This document shows, piece by piece, positions 38,241-48,139 of a stretch of 64,000 nt of DNA; position 1 is the first letter of the stretch, and every line of letters starts with the position of its first letter. The position numbers and the translations under genes are program-made. This stretch comes from Azolla caroliniana. Taxonomy: Eukaryota; Plantae; Polypodiophyta. The DNA is taken from contig JBHGNT010000012.1 of the NCBI GenBank assembly GCA_043228905.1, forward strand, positions 7,998,001 to 8,062,000, written 5' to 3'. The notes beneath the pieces are model-generated. The model was not told where the DNA came from, did no database searches, and was given only the letters and a program-made list of their open reading frames with translations.

Positions 38241-41200
38241 TTACACATCCGTAGGTCCCTTCGGACCCTTACCGTTTTTCTTACGGGTTGCCGTGTCTTC
38301 CTTCGCCTCTACTACGGGTTCCCCGTCGTCTTTTTCTTCCATCCGTACCGTTCCCGGTATAGTGCCGGTGGTCTGTATAAACGGGTTCTTTGGCATCGGT
38401 CCTTTATAGGGCTTTAATCTAAATCCGTTGACCCACTTGCCTAGTACTTCACCGGCAAGTGTCCCTAACTGATAGGACCCGTTGTATTCTCGTGTCAGCC
38501 AATACGGGCCTGTCCATCTGAACCGGAGTTTACCCGGCATCTTGCCCATCTTTGTTTGGAATACTAGCACCGGCTTCCCGATTTCGAACATCTTTTCATT
38601 ACCTTTCCGGTGACGGTCAACGAACGCTTTCCGTCGTCGTTGCTCCAGTTCCATGTGTAGGATGCTGGCCAGCCGTTGCTCCTCCAGTTCGCATAGTGCT
38701 GCTAGCCGCATTTCCTCCGACTCCTTTTCATTCAGCCGTTCCCGTAGTTGGATCCATAAGCTTGGTACCTGAAACTCCACTGGCATGACTGCCTCTAAGC
38801 CGAACGCTAACCGGAACGGCGTTGTCCGGATACTTGTTTTGTATGCCGTTCGGTACGCCCATAGCGCGCTATGGAGCTTTGTATCCCAGTCCGTCCGGTT
38901 TTCATTGACGATTTTGCGGAGAATGTTCTGCAGCGTTTTGTTGGTGGACTCTGCTAACCCGTTCGCTTGTGGGTAGTACGGTGTGCTCCGTTTATGGACC
39001 ACGGCATAGAACGTTGTTAAGCTTTCAACTACCTGGCCGAGGAAATGCCCTCCTTGGTCGCTGATTAATTCAATCGGACATCCATACCGGCACCAAATGT
39101 TCTCGTACAGGAATTTTGTTGTGGATGACGCGGTATTGTCTCTCAAGGCCTTAGCCTCCACCCATTTAGTGCAATAATCTGTTGCCACGATGACATAACG
39201 ATTACCCGTTCTCATTGCCGGTGGCTTGAACGGTCCGACAAAATCCAACCCCCACTTCTGGAATGGCTCTAGTGGAAGTACCGGTTGGTGTGGCATCCGT
39301 GCTTGCTCCGTAGGCTGGCCCATTCGTTGGCATAGGTCACATTCCTTAGCATACCTGACGGCGTCTTTTAACGTCGTGGGCCACCATAAGCCGCTCTGCC
39401 ATACTTTCCTTGCCGTCGCTTCCCCGGCATAGTGTCCTCCGGCAACCCCACAGTGTGCTTCCTGTAAGATTACTTGTTTCTCGTCACTACGGACTGCCCG
39501 TCTCCATATTCCATCTGCTCCTTTGTGGTAGAGAGTGTCCCGTAACAGATAGAAATTGCGGCTCTGCACCGCCAGTCGTTTCCTCTCGTCCCGGTTCATT
39601 TCCTCCGGTGGCAGGCCCGTGCTTAGGAACTGGTGCATGTTTGTCAGCCACCTATCTTCTGATGCCACTGTGTCGTCCGCTACCGTTTCTGGGGTGATAC
39701 GGAATAACTCTGCGTCCGGGAATTCATCCGCTACTCCGTCGCCTGATTCTCCGGACTCTAACCGGCTCAGATAGTCTGCTACGGCATGCTGGACACCGGG
39801 CCGGTGGAAGATCTCGAATTCGAACTCCTGCAACAGCAAGGTCCAACGGGCCAACTTACCGGTGAGGGACGCCTTGGAGACTAAGTACAGGAGCGCCGAG
39901 TGATCCACATGAAAGGAGAACTTCCTTCCCAATAGGTAATGACGAAACTTTGTGACACTGTAGATCATGCCCAGGGCCTCCCGTTCCGTAGTCGAATAGT
40001 TCTTCTCCGCTTGGGACAGCTTCCGGCTAGCGTAATATACCGGCCGGTACCATTTGGGCTCCGTAAGTTGCATTAAGGCGCTGCCGATAGCGATGTCGGA
40101 AGCGTCCACGAACACATGAAATTCCTTGCTCCAATCCGGAGGCTGCACGACGGGTGCTTGCGACAAAAGTACCTTTAGGGCATTGTATGCCTTATCCTCC
40201 GTATCCGTCCATTGGAACGGTGTCCGATGTACCGCTGTGTGTAATGGTGTAGCCAAGTCAGCCAAGTGACGGAGCATCCGGCTGTGCCACCGGATCTGTC
40301 CTAAGAATCGGCTTAGTGCTTTGGCTGTTTTCGGCGCCGGTGCCCCTAGTATCGCGTTTACTTTGTCCGGGTCGACCGCAATGCCCTCCTTACTTACAAT
40401 GTGTCCCAATAAGATTCCACTTGAAACCCCAAAGATGCATTTTGCTGGGTTTAAGCTTAGCCGGTATAACCTACACTTTTCAAGGCATAACCGTAGGTGC
40501 TGCAAATGGTCTTTTCCCCGGCTATAGACTGCAAAATCATCCAGGAAAACCTGCATGAAGGCAGGAATGTATTCGCCGAAGATTTCCATGATGATTCGCT
40601 GGAAAGTTGCTGGTGCCGTTTTTAGGCCGAACATCATTACTTCGGCCACAAACACCCCCCATTCGGTGACGAACGCTGTCTTCTCCTGGTCGTCAGGGTG
40701 CATCCGGATTTGATTGTATCCGCTGAACCCGTCTAAAAAACTATAAACTTCATGGCCGGCGACGGCATCCAGTACTCCATCCGTAAACGGAAGAGGGAAT
40801 GCATCCGTAATTGTAGCTGCATTTAGTTTCCTGTAATCTACACACACGCGGATTTTACCGTTCTTCTTTGGCACGACGACAATGGGGCTCAGCCACGTCG
40901 CTTTCTTTACCGGCCGGATGAAGCCCACTCTTAGGAGTTTGTCGATTTCCTCCTTCACTTTGGCGGCGTAGTTGGGGTTCATTCGGTAACGTCTTTGCGC
41001 CACTGGTTTCGCGTCCTTGCCTAAGTGGATCTGATGCTGATATAATTGAGGGTCCAGCCCTCGCATGTCTTCGTATGACCAGGCGAATACGTCGCGAAAC
41101 TCCGTGAGAAGTTTGATCATCGCCGCTTTATCTTCCGGCTTCATTTCTTTGGCGATGTGTACCGGCTTTGATTCGTCCTTGCTTCCTAGGTTCACTTCGT

Positions 41201-44111
41201 CGAGCTGGGATGTTTTTACCCGTTGGGAAACGGCCATTTCCCGTTCCAACGCTTCCTGTGCTTGCCGTAATTCTCGAATCGAGTCTTTGTCTGGTTCGGC
41301 TTCGGTTTCGTCCCGCTGCGGCAAGTATGGCGCTACGGCTTCAGCGACGTCAATCTCGAAGAGTGGTACGATCTTCGGGTGTTCCTCCAAGTACTGGGCT
41401 TCTTCGTCGTCTGCCAACCCTTCAAGCATGTTCACGCATTCCGCATATAGCGGTGTGCATTCCTTACCGTTGCTCGTCCGTGGTTGTGTTGGTACCCGGA
41501 CCTTGGCTTTTCCGCGCCGGAAGGTAATCATATTTTTCCGCCAATTTTGCTTGATGTGTGCTGTTTTCAACCATGGTCTGCCCAGCAACAGTGGGTACGC
41601 GCCTTGCGCCTGTAGCTGCAGAACGACAGCTGAGATGTGAAATGTGTGACCTCCTATGGTGACTTCCAATTTCCGTATTAAGCCCGTCGGCCGTACAGAG
41701 CTCGTATCCGCCATCCGTAGCCAGAACGGACATGGCTCCCATTCATGTATACCCAAGGCATCACACGTGCGGAGGCTTATTACGTTCACCCCGGAACCTC
41801 CATCGATTACTGTGCCGGGAAGTTCGTGCCCTTTGACAATAGCTGTAATCACCGGACTACTAGTGTCCACCACCGTCGGTCCCTCCTCCGGATTCGAGAA
41901 GAGGACTGGTGCCGGTGGGGCTATACCGTCGGTCATGACCGTTTTTAGTCCTTCCGTAAATCGCGGCACGAGCTGCAAGAGTCTTCCTAATGGCAACGTG
42001 ATCTGACATTCTTGCAGTGCTTGCCATGTCTCGTTTTCTGGGTGGCTACCGCCGGCACTCCCTATGGTATTCGCCTTTTGCCGTTCCGCGTCCGCGACGT
42101 TCCTTTCATTGGCTTCCTTCACCCATTCCGTCGCCTGTTTTCGTATGGCCTCTTGTGTTTCCCACTCTTTGGCCATGCCTTTCGACCGTGTGGTTACTTG
42201 CTGTAAATCCGCCACTTCCGGAACCACCATATTAACTGCTGGTCGTTTATCGTAGCTCTTTGCCGGGCACTGGTTACTGTAGTGGCCTTCCTGCCTGCAG
42301 TAATAGCAGTACTCTTTACGGGTATTGCTGGATTCAGCATTGCTGGTATCCGGAGTCGGTCCCGTAGTGAGTGGTGCGTTCTGTGCCGGTTGGCTCCTTG
42401 GGGTTCCATGTTCCGGGTCCCTAGTGTGACCACCTTTCTTGAAATTTCGTTTCTTATTATTCTTATTTTTATTTCGGTAGTTCGGTCGTGGTGGATCGTA
42501 AAATCGGCCGTAGTCCTCTTGGTGCCTCCGGTAACCAGGGGAATGGTCTCTGTCGTATTGCTCGTGTCGTCTGTTGGACTCCCGATAACGGTCCGATCGC
42601 TCATACCGGTCATAGTTATCATGCCGATTCCCGTACCGGCCATCATTCTCTTGTCTGTCTCCGTAGCGGACATCCTGTGCCGGTCGGTACCGGTTCATTC
42701 TTTGCCAACGATCGTCATCTTCGTCTCGGCTGCTTCTTGGCTCGATCCGTCGGACAGGTGGTGCTTGTCGGTTTAACAGGTTATACTCGCACCGGTCCGT
42801 TGTATGACTCTTGGATTGACAAATCACACACTGGGTTCGCATGGTGCACTCCACTGCCGAGTGTCCGGCATTCAAGCAGATTGTGCATTGAATTGCCTGC
42901 CGGAACCGGAGATCTTCATCGGTGGGTAACGCCCGTTGCAGTGCTCCCAGTGTAAGCCATGAGCTTGACTTTTCCATTTCTCTGACCCAGTCAATGACCT
43001 GGTCGATGGTGCATCCTCGAAAGTCGATCACCGTACACACCGTGCGTAACGGTTCCCGGAGTGCGTTTAAAAATATCGTCCGTAATTCCTCCTCCGGGGG
43101 TGCACGGGCAAGCTGGCTATGCATTCGTTGGAAACGGATGACGAATTGGGGAATGCTTTCCCCTGCCTCCTGTCGGATCGTATAAAACAGGCCCACCATT
43201 GTCGTCTGGTCGACCTCCTTGTGGAAAAAATGCAAGAATTTTGCTTTTAATTCTGCAAAGGTTGTGATGGTCGCCGGGTCCTGCGTCCGCCGCCATCGTG
43301 TCGCTGGTCCCTCCAACGTGACTCCGAATTCCGCTATCTTCGAGCGTTCTTCTTCCTCCGGTGTCATTCGCTGGGACGTGTGATTTGCTTCCCATGTCTG
43401 CTCGAAGTCATGAACATGCGCTTCCGCGTCCGGATCATCGCGATACTTTGAGTATTGGAACGACATGTCGTCGTCCAGTATTAGGCCGCGGTTTAGTGGC
43501 GTTTGTTGATATCTTTCCGGTTTTCTCTCCGGTTCCACTTCCGTTTGTTTTGCCGGTGCTTTTTCCGGTTCCTCTTGCGGTTCTTTTTCCGGTTCCTTCA
43601 CCGGCTCTTCTTCCGGTACCTTTGCCGGCTCTTTCGTTGGTGTCGGTGGCTTTGCTTCTTCCACTTCCGGTGTTGGTGGGTTGACGGCTTCCGTTTGCGG
43701 TTCCGGATAGCCCTGGTCGAGCGGTTCCGGTTCTGGAGTCGGCACGGTATCCGACCCGTCGTCCTCCGGGCCGCCGGGGGTATCGTTGCTGCTCCGGTAG
43801 TTCGTGTGCACGCTGTATCCCCCTTCGGAATCCGATTCGTAGGCTGAAAAGGCTTCTGCCTCGTTTTCTCCGCTTGCCAGTGCCTCGAGGAGGCGTTCGG
43901 TTTCCCGGAGTCTACTTAGACTGCTTCCGTCGTCCTGGTCGCGAGTTTGCCGTAACCGAAGAGATTCCTCCGCGACTCTCCGGATCTCGTTAGAGAACGA
44001 ACGATCCGAGCGAATTTCCTGCGCTGCTTGCTGGAAAGTCTCACGCCGTCTTTGCCGTTCGGCGAGGCGTCTAGCTCGGTCTGTAACCAGGTCGTGCGTT
44101 GGTCTCGTCAT
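38241..44111 (-). CDS. Gag-Pol polyprotein of G (1956 aa, uninterrupted)
   Basis: Gag capsid, three CCHC-type knuckles, protease IDGGSGVN, RT (FLDGFSGYNQI, VFLDD), RNase H (VDASD, EREAL), and integrase (HCGVAGGH..CDLCQ, GLDFVGP, SDQG, GLAESTN). No archaeal-type RNase H or chromodomain seen. Confidence 0.95.
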   Translation of the reverse strand: MTRPTHDLVTDRARRLAERQRRRETFQQAAQEIRSDRSFSNEIRRVAEESLRLRQTRDQDDGSSLSRLRETERLLEALASGENEAEAFSAYESDSEGGYSVHTNYRSSNDTPGGPEDDGSDTVPTPEPEPLDQGYPEPQTEAVNPPTPEVEEAKPPTPTKEPAKVPEEEPVKEPEKEPQEEPEKAPAKQTEVEPERKPERYQQTPLNRGLILDDDMSFQYSKYRDDPDAEAHVHDFEQTWEANHTSQRMTPEEEERSKIAEFGVTLEGPATRWRRTQDPATITTFAELKAKFLHFFHKEVDQTTMVGLFYTIRQEAGESIPQFVIRFQRMHSQLARAPPEEELRTIFLNALREPLRTVCTVIDFRGCTIDQVIDWVREMEKSSSWLTLGALQRALPTDEDLRFRQAIQCTICLNAGHSAVECTMRTQCVICQSKSHTTDRCEYNLLNRQAPPVRRIEPRSSRDEDDDRWQRMNRYRPAQDVRYGDRQENDGRYGNRHDNYDRYERSDRYRESNRRHEQYDRDHSPGYRRHQEDYGRFYDPPRPNYRNKNKNNKKRNFKKGGHTRDPEHGTPRSQPAQNAPLTTGPTPDTSNAESSNTRKEYCYYCRQEGHYSNQCPAKSYDKRPAVNMVVPEVADLQQVTTRSKGMAKEWETQEAIRKQATEWVKEANERNVADAERQKANTIGSAGGSHPENETWQALQECQITLPLGRLLQLVPRFTEGLKTVMTDGIAPPAPVLFSNPEEGPTVVDTSSPVITAIVKGHELPGTVIDGGSGVNVISLRTCDALGIHEWEPCPFWLRMADTSSVRPTGLIRKLEVTIGGHTFHISAVVLQLQAQGAYPLLLGRPWLKTAHIKQNWRKNMITFRRGKAKVRVPTQPRTSNGKECTPLYAECVNMLEGLADDEEAQYLEEHPKIVPLFEIDVAEAVAPYLPQRDETEAEPDKDSIRELRQAQEALEREMAVSQRVKTSQLDEVNLGSKDESKPVHIAKEMKPEDKAAMIKLLTEFRDVFAWSYEDMRGLDPQLYQHQIHLGKDAKPVAQRRYRMNPNYAAKVKEEIDKLLRVGFIRPVKKATWLSPIVVVPKKNGKIRVCVDYRKLNAATITDAFPLPFTDGVLDAVAGHEVYSFLDGFSGYNQIRMHPDDQEKTAFVTEWGVFVAEVMMFGLKTAPATFQRIIMEIFGEYIPAFMQVFLDDFAVYSRGKDHLQHLRLCLEKCRLYRLSLNPAKCIFGVSSGILLGHIVSKEGIAVDPDKVNAILGAPAPKTAKALSRFLGQIRWHSRMLRHLADLATPLHTAVHRTPFQWTDTEDKAYNALKVLLSQAPVVQPPDWSKEFHVFVDASDIAIGSALMQLTEPKWYRPVYYASRKLSQAEKNYSTTEREALGMIYSVTKFRHYLLGRKFSFHVDHSALLYLVSKASLTGKLARWTLLLQEFEFEIFHRPGVQHAVADYLSRLESGESGDGVADEFPDAELFRITPETVADDTVASEDRWLTNMHQFLSTGLPPEEMNRDERKRLAVQSRNFYLLRDTLYHKGADGIWRRAVRSDEKQVILQEAHCGVAGGHYAGEATARKVWQSGLWWPTTLKDAVRYAKECDLCQRMGQPTEQARMPHQPVLPLEPFQKWGLDFVGPFKPPAMRTGNRYVIVATDYCTKWVEAKALRDNTASSTTKFLYENIWCRYGCPIELISDQGGHFLGQVVESLTTFYAVVHKRSTPYYPQANGLAESTNKTLQNILRKIVNENRTDWDTKLHSALWAYRTAYKTSIRTTPFRLAFGLEAVMPVEFQVPSLWIQLRERLNEKESEEMRLAALCELEEQRLASILHMELEQRRRKAFVDRHRKGNEKMFEIGKPVLVFQTKMGKMPGKLRFRWTGPYWLTREYNGSYQLGTLAGEVLGKWVNGFRLKPYKGPMPKNPFIQTTGTIPGTVRMEEKDDGEPVVEAKEDTATRKKNGKGPKGPTDV

Positions 44112-44148
44112 CCATTAAGCCGTCGTTCGCTGCGAGAAAGCAGGAATC

Positions 44149-44158
44149 GTGGTTGCCA
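44149..44158 (-). promoter_or_regulatory. Putative minus-strand PBS of G (tRNA-Arg(UCG)-like)
   Basis: tggcaaccac 6 nt after the 5' LTR; one mismatch to TGGCGACCAC, at a CpG. Confidence 0.55.
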
Positions 44159-44750
44159 AAACTGTGTTATTCTCTGACCGGACAAGGCCTAACACAAGGT
44201 GTCACGGAGACACTTCACCAAAGGGTGATTACGGCATAGGATTAAGATTCAACGATTACACCGACTTACGTAGGTTACACGATTAGAATGCTTTGGTTAA
44301 TTACACGAGTAAGATGTAACAGTAATTACAGAACGGAAATCAAGACAGAAGTATAAACACCATAAGCTCTATTAATTATCCGCTGTGATTACAATGGGGT
44401 CCGGGCCTTTAAATAGGTTTCCGGCCCGTAGTACAAAACGGTGCCTATCGCACCTATTCGGGATCCGTCCGGATCTGGAACGACATACCGTTTCCAGTCC
44501 GTCCGTCCACACTATGCTTCTTTACAACCATACTTAATTAACTCCTTCACTCCGTATTTTGGAGTCCTTGCCGGCCGGTAACAAAACTTTCTTCGTGAAT
44601 TGGGAATGAAGCAAAGAGAGTACTTGCTTCATTGTGACTGCCAAAGCGCCATACATGTAGCTAAGAATGTTGCGTACCACTCTCGAACCAAGCACATATA
44701 GAGAAGGTATGACTGGTTGTGGGAGAAGTAGGAGAGGTAACTCTCATGAA

Positions 44751-45503
44751 GATCCATACTGACGACGATGGATCCGACATGCTCACGAAGAATCTACCAA
44801 TGGACAGACTCAGAATCTATCGACAGAGAACAGGACTAACTGACTCTCTCCCAATAGAGTGAATGGGGAGTTTGTTGGGAATATCCCTCTAGTGGGAAGA
44901 TCTGACTGTTCAGAAGTAGTCGAAACCCTAAACCGGCAAGAGGAGATCCATACTGACGACGATGGATTCGACATGCTCACGAACAATCTACCAATGGACA
45001 GACTCAGAATCTATCGACAGAGAATAGGACTAAATGACTCTCTCCCACTAGAGTGAATGGGGAGTTTGTTGGGAATGTCCCTCTAGTGGGAGGAGCTGAT
45101 TGTTCAGAAGTAGTTGAAACCCTAAACCGGCAAGAGGAGATCCATACTGACGACGATGGATCCGACATGCTCACGAAGAATCTACCAATGGACAGACTCA
45201 GAATCTATCGACAGAGAACATGACTAACTGACTCTCTCCCACTAGAGTGAATGGGGAGTTTGTTGGGAATGTCCCTCTAGTGGGAGGAGTTGATTGTTCA
45301 GAAGTAGTCGAAACCCTAAACCGGCAGGAGGAGATCCATACTAACAACGATGGATCCGACATGCTCACGAAGAATCTACCAATGGACAGACTCAGAATCT
45401 ATCGACAGAGAATAGGACTAACTGACTCTCTCCCACTAGAGTGAATGGGGAGTTTGTTGGGAATGTCCCTCTAGTGGGAGGAGCTGATTGTTCAGAAGTA
45501 GTC
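44751..45503 (+). repeat. Four 194-bp tandem units spanning RNase H end, PPT and LTR start of Copia A
   Basis: gatccatact at 44751, 44945, 45139, 45333; PPT/LTR junctions (tgttggg) at 44873, 45067, 45261, 45455. Confidence 0.92.
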
Positions 45504-46537
45504 AACAGTCGAAGACAAGGAGTATTGGACTGGTCGGCCAGAGGGCTAACAATGGAAGAGTTGACAAAGCGTTGACTGAAAGAGAGTTAAACATAGAGAG
45601 ATCTGACTCGAAGAGAATCGGCAAGAGGCGATCCAAGGCTGAAGACATGACCTGCTAATTGGGCTGACTAGACGGTCGACGACCAATCTGACTAGTCGGG
45701 TTGACTGGACAGTCGACACTAGAGTCGACTGATTGACTACTACTATAATAATAGTAGTGATATGTAGCAGAGGCTACATTTGTAAATATCCTAAACATTG
45801 TATGAGTATAAATACATCAAGGGCAAACATAGATGTAGTAATGAACAAAAAAAGTTGAATGAGCGTAGTGTAGCATTATAGCTAAGCACGAGAGAGACAG
45901 AGAGAGAAGAGTGAGAGAGCGACGCCATAGATGTGTTTTGGAATAGGAGACGCCAAGAGCCCTATGTGGTAGATACACTCGATCTAGAGTGTTGTAATAT
46001 TCTCCATTGTATATCCATTGTATAGTGAAGTTTTATTCGCTCGTGGTTTTCTCTCATTTTAGGGTTTCCACGAAAATCAATGTGCATTGTACATTCTATT
46101 AATTTTTTTGTTTTCTGTCCCGAGTTGCGTACTTTCAACATATCTAGTGCAGATAGACGATTCGATTCTCATCAGTATGTAAATGAGATGAAAAATGTTT
46201 GTACAACGAAGTCATGAGCCGATGTATGTGGTGGGGATGTGGTATTAAACTCATCTAATATGCATGTGATGCATCAAGAGAAGAATATAGAAAGCATATA
46301 TGTCTGAGAATTGAAAGAACGTGAATGATGATCAAAGAACATTTTCATCCGTGGGATTAAAGATGAGAGTATGGAAACACTCCATCCCTTAGGAAGGCCA
46401 TTGGTGAATTCTTGAGCATGCATTATGGGATGTCGGATGTGAATGTATATGGGGCACACCGAGTTAGGAAACATGGTGTTACTCGCTCTAGAGAAAGGCC
46501 TATTGTATGCACAATGAGGGATGATACAAAGCAGCGG

Positions 46538-47964
46538 TGTTGTGAAAATCCATCACTATGTGCGGATCGTGAGGCGGAACTGCCGAGGTTATGGACTAGA
46601 AGGACTTAGACCTCACACACACAACACGAGGAAGGAATGAATATTCAAATGTTTTCGTGAAAAGGAGAGGAGCATAGACAAGCTTGAATCAACCCCTAGT
46701 CACAAGGAGGATGAACGCACGAGAGGAAGGTTTACTCATAGACACACACGGAAAAGGCTTACATACACACACAAATGACAAATTTTTGAATGCCTTCGTG
46801 AAAGGAGATGTGCATGGGCAAGCCTAAACGCTCCATTATCACAAGACATACAGAACTCGTAAGCAACTTTTACACACGGGAGACAAAGTTTTGAATATCT
46901 TCGTGAAAGGAGAGGTGCATAGGCAAGCCCGAACGCTCCCTTGTCACAAGACACAGAAACACACAAGCAAGGTTTACACACGACAGACAAAGTTTCGAAT
47001 GCCTTGGTGAAAGAAGAGGTGCATGGGCAATGCCCGAACGCTCCCTTGTCACAAGACATAAGAACACACAAGCAAGATTTACACTAACACTCAAGACACA
47101 AAAGTTTGAATGCCTTGGTGAAGGTGAGGTGCATGGGCAATTCTGAAACACTCCCTTATCACAAGACGCACAAACACACAAGCACACAAGCACAAGTGAC
47201 AATAACATATACGACATGTAGGTGAAAGGAAACATTAGTTTATTGTAAAATAATAGATTCTTTTATAATATAAGAATCATGTTACAATGGGTTGGATGTG
47301 AATATGAAAGATTTTTTATAAAGAAATGGGGGAAGAGAGATGGAGAAAAGAAGAGAGTGGAATATAGAAGGAGTTTCTTTGTTGATGATACCTTTTGATG
47401 TTGTTGATCCTTCTTCTTCCGCTTTCCAATTGAGTAGAGCTTCTGAGTTCCTCTTCCCTCCCCCCCCCTTCTTAAAATAAGCTCTTATTTATAGGTTTAG
47501 GATTGCTTGCTTTTTTCTTTTCTTTTTTTTTCCCAAAAGTTTGTCTATATGAGTTGAGTTTTCTTTTTATCCCTATTTCTGTTTTGTAACGTCAAATCTA
47601 ACATGCACAATATTATTAGAAAGCTCTTCCTGTTAGCTTTCTTATTCATATTTCCTTTTCTAATTTGGACATTAGAAGAGGAAATTACGAGATTTTTACT
47701 TGACCCTGCTCCTCATATCCGTGCCTAGCTTTTCTTTTTGCATTTTTTCCTCTACTTTTGTTTACTTTTGAAAACTGTTTCTAACTTAATATTCCTCATC
47801 ATTTATTGTAAGATTTAATCCTTTGACATTTTATTTATAAGGAATTCTCTTTGAAAGTATTTTTCTTATTAATAAAGTTGACTTCATAATACTAGTTTAT
47901 TTGAACTACTATTTTACTTCTTTTCGAGGGTGGTTTCACACTATGTGTCGAAAACATCACGACA
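46538..47964 (-). mobile_element. Large solo LTR (~1.43 kb) inserted in LINE-B ORF1, with about 5 internal degenerate repeats mostly 105-110 bp apart
   Basis: Termini tgttgtga..tcacgaca resemble D/F termini. LINE ORF1 reads through after removal (DDTK..IILE). Degenerate 4-bp TSD gcgg/atgg. Minus-strand ctataaataag near 47490. Repeats at 46658-47170. Confidence 0.68.
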
Positions 47965-48139
47965 ATGGATCATACTCGAAAATAGTTGGGTATACCTCAA
48001 AGGTACACAATGCTTTGTGAGTGAAGATTGTACTATCTCACAACAAAATGCCCATCGTAAAGCATATGAAGAAAGATCGAAAAATAAGGTTAAGGATGTG
48101 CCTAAAGATGGACACGTGACCTATGAGACTAACCCACGT

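Larger units (their letters stand above)
34748..44583 (-). mobile_element. Gypsy G: Athila/Tat(OTA)-like non-chromovirus element with intact gag-pol and an extra 3' ORF
   Basis: 419-bp LTRs at 44165-44583 (5') and 34748-35166 (3'), with about 3 visible differences. Perfect TSD aaact. Minus-strand TATA-like ctatttaaagg. Inserted in RNase H of Copia A. Confidence 0.93.
9082..46174 (+). mobile_element. Copia A (Ty1/copia, Tnt1/Tork-like), degenerate; hosts Copia B and Gypsy G
   Basis: 5' LTR 9082-9782, 3' LTR 45455-46174 (TG..CA). Met-type PBS tggtatcaaagc at 9786. PPT gaatggggag. TSD ggatg/gtatg (1 mismatch). Gag-PR-INT at 9811-12333, RT at 33614-34747, RNase H end at 44589-44861. Confidence 0.88.

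Noticed and set aside
44922-44933. Telomeric repeat or telo-box aaaccctaaa in the 194-bp units
   Set aside because: Single motif per unit and common in plant DNA; not an array.
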